Positions 35,446 to 42,940 are shown, counted from the stretch's first letter. The stretch is 64,000 bases of DNA from an uncultured Solirubrobacterales bacterium (GCA_963837695.1 CAWINZ010000005.1:220155-284154); one strand, 5' to 3'. Translations and numbers: made by a program. Notes: a model not told the origin generated them from the sequence alone.

Positions 35446-35869
35446 TCAGAGCTCGACCGCCTCATCGAGAACGCGGTCGCGCATGTAGGGCGACAGGCTG
35501 GCCTCGGTGACGACATCCACCTGGACCCCAAGGCGTTCCTCCAGGTCGTTAGACAGTGCGATCAGGTCAAACAAGGTCCGGCCCTCCGCCATGTCAACGA
35601 GAAGATCGAGATCGCTGGAGGCACCATGTTCCCCACGTCCGGTCGAACCGAACAAAGCGAACGTTGCCCGCCCCGTGGGCGGTAGCAATGCGGCGCACAT
35701 CCTTCCGAATCTCCGTCAGCTCCTCGATGCGCTCGAGCTCGTCGCGGTCGAGCCCGCCGGCGCGGCGCAAGCGCTTGGCCAACTGGCGTAGTCGCTCCGC
35801 GCGGTCGTTCGTCTCCTCGATCTCGTATCCCGCCTCCGCTTTCCTGGCAAGGACATCCGACCAGGGCAT
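35446..35869 (-). pseudogene. MNT-type nucleotidyltransferase (HEPN/MNT antitoxin-like), +1 frameshifted
   Basis: The N-terminal part (..IRKDVRRIATAHGAGNVR) is in frame 35594..35869. The catalytic part (LFGSTGRGEHGASSDLDLLV) is in frame 35446..35700. The frames join if one T of the run at 35654-35656 (minus-strand TTT) is removed. Confidence 0.6.
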
Positions 35870-36142
35870 CGGTTATTTGCTTGCCGCTGGCCGTCCTGCC
35901 GTAGGTTTTCCTCGTCGTCGGTCGCACAGACAACATGTATCCTAGAAGCTGTGGGCTACAAGCGGGTCAAGACCGAGCACGCTGGGGCTAAGAACGGGCT
36001 ACAACCCGCTGACCGGACCCCGTTCAGCGGTCCGATTTCAAGGGGTCGGGCCAGCCCCAGGCGTTGCCCCAGCGGCAATCTCGCACTGTTCGAGTGACCC
36101 TCGAAAGGCCGGAATTCCGCTCCACAAGCGGGATTCCGCCAA

Positions 36143-36184
36143 CGCGCCCGACAGGATTCGAACCTGTGACCTTCGGTTTCGTAG
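36143..36184 (-). repeat. att repeat R2: tRNA-Arg 3'-half copy flanked by both conserved arms (attP-like junction)
   Basis: 42 nt identical to 51382..51423. The conserved arm ~36054-36142 lies on one side and 36185-36304 on the other. Confidence 0.85.
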
Positions 36185-36317
36185 CCCGAGCCCGTGGATC
36201 GGCTGGGCTACGTGGAGCCCAGTTTCAAGCGGTTTCCGGCGAATCGAGTCCCGCTGGGATCGGCTGGAATCTGTGGGGCATGTTGCCCCAATTGTTGCCC
36301 CAGGAGGCTGATTCGGG

Positions 36318-36758
36318 TCACGATCCGGGGAGTTGGACGCACTCGAAGGCGAGGACCTCTGCGAGCTTGTCGAAGTGCGTGTCGCGGTGCAGAACCGCCA
36401 CCCCGCCGTGCTCGGCCGCCGCGGCGGCAACGAGTGCATCCGTGATGGGCACCCGGTGGTATCCGTCGCCGCGCTCGGCCAACTCGCCGACAGCGGCCAT
36501 CGCCGCGTCGGTCACGGCGCGATCGTTGCGAAGGATTCGCAGCGAATCGAGCTCGCTCTCGAGTTCGAGATACTCGGAGCTACTGCGGGCCGAGTAAAGA
36601 ATCTCCATCCGCACAATTGGTGTGATCCAGAGGCGATCGGCAAGGATTGCGTCGTCCACGAGCGAGCGAAGTTCATCGGGAAGCGAGGCGATACGCCACC
36701 ACGCCGAGGTGTCGGCGACGAAGGGCGCATCGCTGCGCAACAACTCCAAGGCGTTCAC
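36318..36758 (-). CDS. vapC: PIN-domain toxin VapC
   Basis: FVADTSAWW (first Asp), EILYSA, and ITDALVAAAAAEHGGVAVLHRDTHFD (last Asp), a typical PIN pattern. Confidence 0.8.
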   Translation of the reverse strand: MNALELLRSDAPFVADTSAWWRIASLPDELRSLVDDAILADRLWITPIVRMEILYSARSSSEYLELESELDSLRILRNDRAVTDAAMAAVGELAERGDGYHRVPITDALVAAAAAEHGGVAVLHRDTHFDKLAEVLAFECVQLPGS

Positions 36759-36765
36759 CGCGCCG

Positions 36766-36933
36766 CTACTGCTCGTGGTCGGTCAGCTGCTCAATCCGCT
36801 TGAGCACGCCGCGGTCCAACCCGTCCGGGCTTTGCAAACGCTTGGCCAGCATGCGCAGCCGCTCGGCGCGCTTCTCCTCGCTCAGCGCCGGCTTCTCCGC
36901 AGTGGGAGTCGTGCTCGGGATCGGATGGCTCAC
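36766..36933 (-). CDS. possible 55-aa antitoxin upstream of vapC
   Basis: Own codon-by-codon translation: VSHPIPSTTPTAEKPALSEEKRAERLRMLAKRLQSPDGLDRGVLKRIEQLTDHEQ. It ends 7 nt before the vapC GTG. Below the ORF-track cutoff. Confidence 0.4.
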   Translation of the reverse strand: MSHPIPSTTPTAEKPALSEEKRAERLRMLAKRLQSPDGLDRGVLKRIEQLTDHEQ

Positions 36934-37001
36934 AGAGCCAGAATAGCGCGCGAGTCCGCTACTTCAGCGCTCCCAGCAAGACTGGCCGATACCTTCTCAG
37001 C

Positions 37002-37226
37002 ATGACCACTCGCGAGAAGCTGGAAAAGCTGCTCGACCGGTTCTCCGAGGACGAGCTGTCGGCGGAGTACGCGCGACTGCGGGAAGTCGTCGCAGGAAAA
37101 CGCCCTGCCGATAACCGGGCCAATCTTGAACAGTTCAGCGCCCGCGCCTCACGCGGCGTTCTCCGCCACATGGCCGAAGACGAAGAAGCGGCGGGACTCT
37201 CCTGGGAGGAGTTCCAGCCGCGGTGA
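37002..37226 (+). CDS. possible antitoxin (74 aa) coupled to a MazF-like fragment
   Basis: Its stop overlaps the next start as GTGA (37223-37226). Acidic and helical. Confidence 0.4.
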   Translation: MTTREKLEKLLDRFSEDELSAEYARLREVVAGKRPADNRANLEQFSARASRGVLRHMAEDEEAAGLSWEEFQPR

Positions 37227-37340
37227 CACGCGGCTGGGTCTGGTGTCACGAGCCGCCAGACAAAAAGCTACGCCCAGCTCTCGTCCTCACGAGCGACGAA
37301 GCCATCAGCGTCGCCAAAAACACCCTTAATCCGACTGCGC
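37223..37340 (+). pseudogene. N-terminal fragment of a PemK/MazF-family toxin
   Basis: TRGWVWCHEPPDKKLRPALVLTSDEAI resembles the RG.iw.v......K.RPalVl MazF N-terminus. The rest of the listed ORF is antisense to the 323-aa gene. Confidence 0.4.
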
Positions 37341-37345
37341 CAGCC

Positions 37346-38317
37346 CTACTCGACCAGTCGCCGCAACTCGTCGGTAAGCCGCTGCTCAAGGTGCCTGATA
37401 GTGGAGTAACTGATGCATCTCTCACTTTGGACATCGAACTTCAGATCGGAACCGTCATGACGCAGCAGCACGGTGGGAACCTCGGCTCCCCAGGCGAATC
37501 CAACCTCCAAGTAGACATTGGGGTTGGCGTCCGTGAGATCCGCGACAACCAGCGTCGCCGAGCGGATTCTCTCCTTGATGCGTTCTGGAATGCTGCCGGT
37601 GAACGCCTGCTCGTCAATCCGCTCGCAGAGCAAGCCGCTCTTGTGCACCGCAGGTTCGATGGCATAGTGGAAGATGTCTTCGAATTCTTGTGAGAAGGGC
37701 ATCGCCACGAACGCATGGTCCCGAGTGGCGGCGGTCGCTTCCGTTGACCGGCGTAGCCCCTTTGAAATCTCGCCCGTGGAAGTGGAAGTCAGTGACCCCG
37801 TCAGGCGCGACGTGGGAATCGCTTCCTCAAGGCGGATGCGAAGCCGCTCGGCGCGCTGCTCGTCCAACTCAACGATAGAAACTCGTTTGAGACTGCCCGC
37901 GGTCCGCCCCTCAATCCCTTCGACAATCCCCGCAAGCTCCGCTTCAAAACAAGCGGCCTCATCCAATCCATAGCCGACTCCGTGCAGGGTCAGGGCCAGG
38001 TCTTGACAGTCTGGAAACTCTGCCACCGCAAGGGATACCGCCCGGCGCCCGAACAGGCGAATCTCCGTGTAGCCGAAATCCGAAAGGGGCGGCACACCCA
38101 AGAAAACCACATTAGATGGCCCTACCTTTTCGGGACTGCGCACCACTAGCTGACCTCCAGGCCGAAGGTCCATCTCTAAATCCAGTCCAAGCCGTTCCTT
38201 TGCCGCCGCATCCACGCCAAGTGAAACCTGGGCGTGCTTGAGTACGAGCACATCGGAGGTGATAGCCAAAACATCGGCCGGGTCGACGTCGATAGCCACT
38301 CCCTGCAACTCCACCAT
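37346..38317 (-). CDS. two-domain cargo protein: unknown N-domain plus nucleoside 2-deoxyribosyltransferase/TIR-like C-domain (defence-effector candidate)
   Basis: 323-aa ORF. The C-terminal HAFVAMPFSQEFEDIF...ATLVVADLTDANPNVYLEVGFAWGAEVPTVLL matches the Rossmannoid pattern F.aMPF ... aDlt..NpNV.yE.GyA.g...p. Confidence 0.7.
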   Translation of the reverse strand: MVELQGVAIDVDPADVLAITSDVLVLKHAQVSLGVDAAAKERLGLDLEMDLRPGGQLVVRSPEKVGPSNVVFLGVPPLSDFGYTEIRLFGRRAVSLAVAEFPDCQDLALTLHGVGYGLDEAACFEAELAGIVEGIEGRTAGSLKRVSIVELDEQRAERLRIRLEEAIPTSRLTGSLTSTSTGEISKGLRRSTEATAATRDHAFVAMPFSQEFEDIFHYAIEPAVHKSGLLCERIDEQAFTGSIPERIKERIRSATLVVADLTDANPNVYLEVGFAWGAEVPTVLLRHDGSDLKFDVQSERCISYSTIRHLEQRLTDELRRLVE

Positions 38318-38402
38318 AGACGGCAGCTTAATCGGTTCTGGATACCCCTGGACCTTTCACTGGATTGTTCCCGGTCGCACACCACAGCTTTACCGCGAGC
38401 GT

Positions 38403-39629
38403 TCAAGACCAAAACGAACCTCTCGCAATGGCGCATTGCGAGACCATTTCCAACGGCGGCGCCTCGTCGCCCGGCAGCAGATGCGTGTAGCGGGTCAGCG
38501 TGAAGGCGGGCGAGTGGTGGCCGAGGGCTCGGCTCAGTTGGAGGAGGTTGGTGCCTTGGCTGAGGTGGAGCGAGGCGAAGGTGTGGCGGAACGTGTGGAA
38601 GCCCGCCCAGGGGGTGCCTGCCTCCTCTGCGAGGGGCTTCAGGACGCGGCGACGGAGGTTGCCCGGGTCGAGCGGGCCTCCGGCTTCGTTGGGGAAGGCG
38701 AGGGCGGTCGAGTCCCGGTCGGGCTGGGCGGCGAGATGGTCGCGCAGGCTCGCCGCCACTGATGCCGGTAGGCGGACCTCGCGTCGGCCGTGCCTGCTCT
38801 TGGGCGGCTCGATCCGCTCGCGGACGATCGCTCGGCGGATGCAGACCTCGGGCTCTGGGCCGTCAAGTTGAAGGTGCAGGCGTTGGAGGGCGATCGCCTC
38901 GCTGATCCGCAGGCCGCAGCTCGCCAGGAGCTCGAAGAGCGGGCGGTGGCGCTCGGGGGCTGTCGCCAGGAGCGCTGAGAGCTGCTCGCGGCTGAAGACC
39001 TTGATCTCCTCGCCCTCGTCCTCGAGCCGCTCGCGCTGGGGCAGCGCGAGGCCCTGAGCGGGGTTGTGGCGGATCAGGCCCTCGCGCTTGGCGGTCGCCA
39101 GGGCGGCGCGGATCGGTATCGCGACGTTGGCGATCGTGCGGTCGCTGAGGCGCTTGCCCTGCTCCTGCTCGTCGGCGAGCCAGTCGAGGAAGCGGGCGAG
39201 CTGGTAGGCGCTCAGCTCGGTGAGCTTCAGCCTGCCGGAGAAATAGCGGCGGGCGTAGATGCGGATCAGGCGCCGGTATTCGTCGCGGGTGTTCTCGCGG
39301 AAGCCCCGGCGGCCCTGGCCCCGATAGCGCTCGACCCACTCCTCCAGGTAGCGCAGGAAGGAGATCGTCGTGCGCTCCTGCAGCTCGCCGCGGTCGCGGT
39401 CGGTCTCGCTCTCGCGCTTGATCCGCTTTGCCTCCTCGTAGGTGCGGGCGCTGCGCTTGCGCTGCCTGCCGGCGCTGCGGAAGACGCAGACGTAGCCGAT
39501 CACGTCGCCGCCGGCGCCGAGCCGCTTGAAGACGCCTGGCGTCTTGGTCTTCTGGAGCCGCCGCTTGTCACCGCAGCCTGGACCGGCCGCAAGGGCCGAC
39601 GTATCCTGGGAAACGCTCATGAGCATCAC
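38403..39629 (-). CDS. int: tyrosine recombinase / phage-type integrase (element E2)
   Basis: The C-terminal catalytic region has GLRISEA, HTFRHTFAS and GHHSPAFTLTRYTHL (R..HxxR..Y). Confidence 0.9.
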   Translation of the reverse strand: MMLMSVSQDTSALAAGPGCGDKRRLQKTKTPGVFKRLGAGGDVIGYVCVFRSAGRQRKRSARTYEEAKRIKRESETDRDRGELQERTTISFLRYLEEWVERYRGQGRRGFRENTRDEYRRLIRIYARRYFSGRLKLTELSAYQLARFLDWLADEQEQGKRLSDRTIANVAIPIRAALATAKREGLIRHNPAQGLALPQRERLEDEGEEIKVFSREQLSALLATAPERHRPLFELLASCGLRISEAIALQRLHLQLDGPEPEVCIRRAIVRERIEPPKSRHGRREVRLPASVAASLRDHLAAQPDRDSTALAFPNEAGGPLDPGNLRRRVLKPLAEEAGTPWAGFHTFRHTFASLHLSQGTNLLQLSRALGHHSPAFTLTRYTHLLPGDEAPPLEMVSQCAIARGSFWS

Positions 39630-39740
39630 CTCGTGAGCCGGGGGCGGGCCGTTAGCGCGGCGCCGCCCCGTTTTGCGTTGTCGGACAAGACGTTAACAGG
39701 AAGATGCGGCCTGTCAGCCTGCTCCAACGATGGAGAGATG

Positions 39741-39812
39741 GGTTCGCTATGGGGTTCGCACTGCGGTTCGCACTGTAGTTCGCACTGCGGTTCGCACTGC
39801 ACTTCGCATGAG
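39741..39812. repeat. six tandem 12-bp repeats (consensus gGTTCGCACTGc) upstream of int
   Basis: Units read directly: ggttcgctatgg, ggttcgcactgc, ggttcgcactgt, agttcgcactgc, ggttcgcactgc, acttcgcatgag. Confidence 0.85.
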
Positions 39813-40008
39813 CCGATGCCGAAACCGAGGCAAAGCCGCATTGGAAGAGGCTTTGCGGCGACCACGCTTTGCTGACTTCTATATGTCGAACTAGCTTCTT
39901 TCCAGATTCGCTGTCGGTTGCCCTCGGGCTCGCGGTCCGTCCGCGTCCGTCAGCCTCGCCGTGGCTCTGCTGATCTTCGCCTGCCGGTCCCCCCGGCGCG
40001 GCTCGTTG

Positions 40009-40305
40009 TCACTCGCCGCGGGTCTGTGCGTCGCTCGACGGCGGGCTGTCGATCTCGTAGCGCCCGTCCCCCGTTCCGACGAAGCTCGGCCTGTAGGAGA
40101 TGCCGTCGAGCAGCTCGGCGGGCGAGACCGAGAGCGCGCCTGCGAGTCTGACGACGACATCCAGGGTGGGGACGTTGATCTGCCGCTCGTATTTCCGGAC
40201 GGCGTCGCGGCTGAGCGAGGCGCGGAGCGCCAGCCCTTCCTGGGTGAGACCCGCACGCTTGCGGAGGCCGATCAGGTTCTCGGCGAAACGGGCCTGGAAG
40301 CTCAC
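40009..40305 (-). CDS. XRE-family helix-turn-helix regulator (second of two)
   Basis: ORF 40009..40371 trimmed to the GTG at 40305, which overlaps the upstream stop as GTGA. FAENLIGLRKRAGLTQEGLALRASLSRDAVRKYERQ is an HTH_3 pattern. Confidence 0.7.
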   Translation of the reverse strand: MSFQARFAENLIGLRKRAGLTQEGLALRASLSRDAVRKYERQINVPTLDVVVRLAGALSVSPAELLDGISYRPSFVGTGDGRYEIDSPPSSDAQTRGE

Positions 40306-40591
40306 GGCGCCTGCTGCGGATCGTCCACCTCGAAGCGGCCCTCCACGACCTCGACGTGTCCGGGCGTCCACTTGAAGCCGGCGAGGAGGTCGCCCACGGG
40401 GACCGAGACAGCGCCCGCGAGCCTGACGATCGTGTCGATCCTCGGCGTCCGCGCTCCCCGCTCCAGCAGCCCGATCGCCGTGCGATGGAGCCCGGCCCGG
40501 TAGCCGAGCTCTTCCTGAGAAGCCCAGCCTGCTCGCGGCAGCGGGCGAGGTTGCGGCCGAACTGGGCGGCGACCTCGGCTGAACGCTTCAA
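40302..40591 (-). pseudogene. XRE-family HTH gene with a -1 frameshift (identical lesion in the sister copy)
   Basis: FGRNLARCREQAGL is in one frame and SQEELGYRAGLHRTAIGLLERGARTPRIDTIVRLAGAVSV is in the next. The junction is at ~40514-40525 and the length is 290 nt. The TTG start overlaps the upstream stop as TTGA. Confidence 0.55.
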
Positions 40592-40977
40592 AGGAGAAGG
40601 CCCTCGGGCACTTCGGCTGGCCCGCCCTTGACCAGCGTGGCGACGATCACGCCGCTGCGGCTCGTGTGCCCGCCCTCGACCGTCCAGCGGTCGCTGATCT
40701 GGCCCGCCGTGAGGACCGGCATGCCGCCGCGCAGCTCCTCGACGTCCCGCCCAGAGCGACCCGCGGGCACTTCGATGAGGCAGGTGGCGCATCTCCAAAG
40801 CGACTGCGGCCGGTCGGGGTCGACCACCGGGAACTCGACCCGCAGGAGGGTCGTGCGCTCCCCGGCCGGATTGCGGCCCTCCTGGGGGTCGGCGCTCAGC
40901 CTGCCGGTGAGGACGGCGTGGTTGATCGCCGGAGGGGTCGATGCGGGCCCCGGCGCCCGGTGCTCTGCGGGACTCAT
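40588..40977 (-). CDS. SSB-like OB-fold protein
   Basis: INHAVLTGRLSADPQ..R.....ER..LLRVEF resembles the N-terminus of single-stranded DNA-binding proteins. Confidence 0.55.
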   Translation of the reverse strand: MSPAEHRAPGPASTPPAINHAVLTGRLSADPQEGRNPAGERTTLLRVEFPVVDPDRPQSLWRCATCLIEVPAGRSGRDVEELRGGMPVLTAGQISDRWTVEGGHTSRSGVIVATLVKGGPAEVPEGLLL

Positions 40978-41378
40978 GCCGAGCCCTGGCGGGTGCGGAG
41001 CTCGAGCAGCAGCTCCGTGCCCGTGTCGAGAGTGAGGTGATAGCGACGGCGGCTAACTTCCTCGTCTTCGCGGGATTCGCGCTCGTCCGGTCGCTCGGTC
41101 AGCGCGCCCCTGGCGTCGGCTCGCAAGCGCTCGAAGATCGCGGCCAGCTCCCCGGACGGGATCGTCAGCGGGATCTCGGAGCGGTCATCGGGACCCCAGC
41201 CGAGGTCGTTGAGCAGACGGAAGTCCTCGGCGAACTCCCTGGCGAGCCGCCCGGCGGTGTCGAAATCCCCGCGGTCGATCGCTATCCGGACGTCTCCGAG
41301 GGCGCCCAGGTGTTCAACAAGGAACCCGTAGACGGCGTCTCGCTTCTCGCCCGTGAGAGTGGCGGTCGGGTGGTGCAT
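40974..41378 (-). CDS. hypothetical 134-aa backbone protein, first gene next to att
   Basis: Good RBS (GGAAGGAGA). Clearly diverged paralogue of 50665..51069. Confidence 0.6.
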   Translation of the reverse strand: MHHPTATLTGEKRDAVYGFLVEHLGALGDVRIAIDRGDFDTAGRLAREFAEDFRLLNDLGWGPDDRSEIPLTIPSGELAAIFERLRADARGALTERPDERESREDEEVSRRRYHLTLDTGTELLLELRTRQGSA

Positions 41379-41690
41379 GGCGTCTCCTTCCGGTCGGGCA
41401 CCGAAAGAGCCGCCAGGGATGCCGCCGTCAGAACGCCACGGCGGTACCGTCTCTCTCGCATCGAAGGCTCGTACTTCGGTGCCGGCCCCGGGGCGTTAGC
41501 GCGCTGCCGGGGCGCTTCTTATTCGCGTTTGCGCGGCGAACGTAGGTGGACCGGGAACCCAGCGCAAGGCCTGGGATCGAACCTCACTCCGACCTCATGT
41601 TGCCCCAGGCGTTGCCCCAGCGGCAATCTCGCACTGTTCGAGTGACCCTCGAAAAGCCGCAATCCCGCTTCACAAGCGGGATTGCCGGAG

Positions 41691-41732
41691 CGCGCCCGAC
41701 AGGATTCGAACCTGTGACCTTCGGTTTCGTAG
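41691..41732 (-). repeat. att repeat R3: tRNA-Arg 3'-half copy flanked by both conserved arms
   Basis: 42 nt identical to 51382..51423. The arm 41596-41690 is identical in layout to 51287-51381. Confidence 0.85.
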
Positions 41733-41896
41733 CCTGACCCCGCAGACCCGCTGGGCTACGTGGAGCCCGGATTCAAGCGGTTTCCGGCGAATCGAGCTAC
41801 GTGGAGATCGGCTGGAATCCGTGGGGCTGCTTGCCCCATTTCTTGCCCCAGGGACCGAACGGAGTTAGCTTCGTCCCTGGCCGATACCATGAGGAC

Positions 41897-42085
41897 ATGG
41901 CTCATGCCACCAAGGCAGATGAATCCGTCGCCAAGCGCCGCCGCGCGGCGGCTGAGGAGATGCGCGGCATGTTTGCCCATGTCGCTCCCGGGGTGAGCTT
42001 GGCAGACGAGCTAATCGCCGACCGTCGAGCCGAGGTCCGCTCAGAAGAGCGGGCAGAGGCCGAGCGGCGACGTGCCAACGGCTGA
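41897..42085 (+). CDS. possible VapB-type antitoxin (62 aa)
   Basis: ORF 41801..42085 trimmed to MAHATKAD, because the upstream part lies in the att arm. Overlaps the vapC start. Confidence 0.45.
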   Translation: MAHATKADESVAKRRRAAAEEMRGMFAHVAPGVSLADELIADRRAEVRSEERAEAERRRANG

Positions 42086-42494
42086 GACCCCGGCGTCGAT
42101 TCTCGACGCCTCAGCACTGCTCGCCCTGCTCCAAGATGAGCCAGGAGCCGCCGCGGTGGTCGAGGCAATCGAAGCTGGCGCCGCCATCAGCACCGTCAAC
42201 CTCTCTGAGGTGCTGGCCAAGCTGGCCGAGCGAGGAGAGCATGTGCGGTCGACTATGGCCACGATCGGGCAAGCCGTCGACCAGGCCGACGGCGGGCTTC
42301 GGATCGAGCCCTTCACGGAAGAGGACGGCATCGAGGCCGCAGACCTCCGACCACGCTCAAAGAGCCAAGGCCTGTCCTTCGGCGACCGGGCGTGCCTCGC
42401 CCTGGCCGCCCGCTTCGAGGTGCCGGCGGTCACAGCGGATGGAGACTGGGCCGACCTGCCGAAAGTCGGAGTCGCCGTCAAGCTGATCCGGTGA
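42072..42494 (+). CDS. vapC: PIN-domain toxin VapC
   Basis: ILDASALLALLQDEPG (first Asp), NLSEV, and SFGDRACLALAARFEVPAVTADGDW, a typical PIN pattern. Confidence 0.8.
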   Translation: MPTAETPASILDASALLALLQDEPGAAAVVEAIEAGAAISTVNLSEVLAKLAERGEHVRSTMATIGQAVDQADGGLRIEPFTEEDGIEAADLRPRSKSQGLSFGDRACLALAARFEVPAVTADGDWADLPKVGVAVKLIR

Positions 42495-42751
42495 CCGACA
42501 CCCGCTCGCGAAAATCGGCTAACCGGGAAAAGACCCTTGGACCGACCCACGATCCCCAGCCTGGTGACTTCGACGCCGAACTTGACCACCCCCGCCCCGA
42601 TCAGATTGAGATCCACAAGGGCAACCCCGACGCAAAGCTCTCGATCCTCGTCAGCGTCGAGGGCGACGACGCCAAGCGCCTAGAGCGAATCGCCACCGAG
42701 CGCGGCCAGCAACCCGGCGAGGTCGTCTCCCGGCTCCTACGCAGCGCCTGA
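42491..42751 (+). CDS. small protein with ribbon-helix-helix-like C-terminus
   Basis: GTG at 42491 overlaps the vapC stop as GTGA. The C-terminal DDAKRLERIATERGQQPGEVVSRLLRSA is CopG/RHH-like. Confidence 0.4.
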   Translation: MTDTRSRKSANREKTLGPTHDPQPGDFDAELDHPRPDQIEIHKGNPDAKLSILVSVEGDDAKRLERIATERGQQPGEVVSRLLRSA

Positions 42752-42787
42752 GCCTTCCAAAGAGCTTCGGATGCGACCGGCAGCAGT

Positions 42788-42940
42788 CCCGACCTGTGAC
42801 CTTCGGTTTCGCACTTGGACGGTCCGATTCGTAGCCCGAGCCGGGGGATCGGTTGGGCTACGTGGGGCGCGACTTCAATCGGTTTTCGGTCGATCGAGTC
42901 CCGCTGGGATCGGTTGGGCTACGTGGGGCATGTTGCCCAG
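42788..42940 (-). repeat. degenerate att plus arm (R4)
   Basis: cccgac[deletion]ctgtgaccttcggtttcg, then an 18-nt insertion, then cgtagcccgagcc..ggttgggctacgtgggg..catgttgccc. Recognisably related to R1-R3 plus the arm. Confidence 0.55.

Larger units (their letters stand above)
33219..36184. mobile_element. E1: integrase-less remnant of an integrative element between att repeats R1 and R2
   Basis: Bounded by tRNA-half repeats and carries the conserved arm sequence next to R1. Lower GC, only hypothetical or decayed genes. Confidence 0.6.
36143..41732. mobile_element. E2: ~5.6 kb integrative element (int, 2x XRE, SSB-like, 134-aa gene, TA modules, 323-aa cargo)
   Basis: Bounded by att repeats R2 and R3 and contains an intact tyrosine integrase. 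Confidence 0.8.
41691..42940. mobile_element. E3a: ~1.2 kb remnant (VapBC plus RHH gene) between R3 and a decayed att
   Basis: Starts with the conserved arm after R3 and ends at the degenerate att/arm at 42788-42940. No integrase. Confidence 0.45.

Noticed and set aside
39741-39812. Tandem repeat arrays (also 48941..49012 and 49445..49516) as possible CRISPR arrays
   Set aside because: The units are 12 bp and directly abutting, with no spacers. There are no cas genes in the window.
39626-39865. 79-aa ORF with CEPQCELQCEPQCEP (and 48826..49146), considered as an excisionase or small protein
   Set aside because: The repetitive peptide is simply the translation of the 12-bp DNA tandem array. 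There is no HTH or other motif.
39950-40798. 282-aa ORF (and its twin 49653..50771, 372 aa) spanning the XRE and SSB-like genes
   Set aside because: It is an Arg/Ser/Gly-rich wrong frame. The real genes are the two short XRE ORFs and the OB-fold ORF in the other frames. Only its short segment KRSAEVAAQFGRNLARCREQAGL is genuine; that segment is the frameshifted XRE-1 N-terminus.
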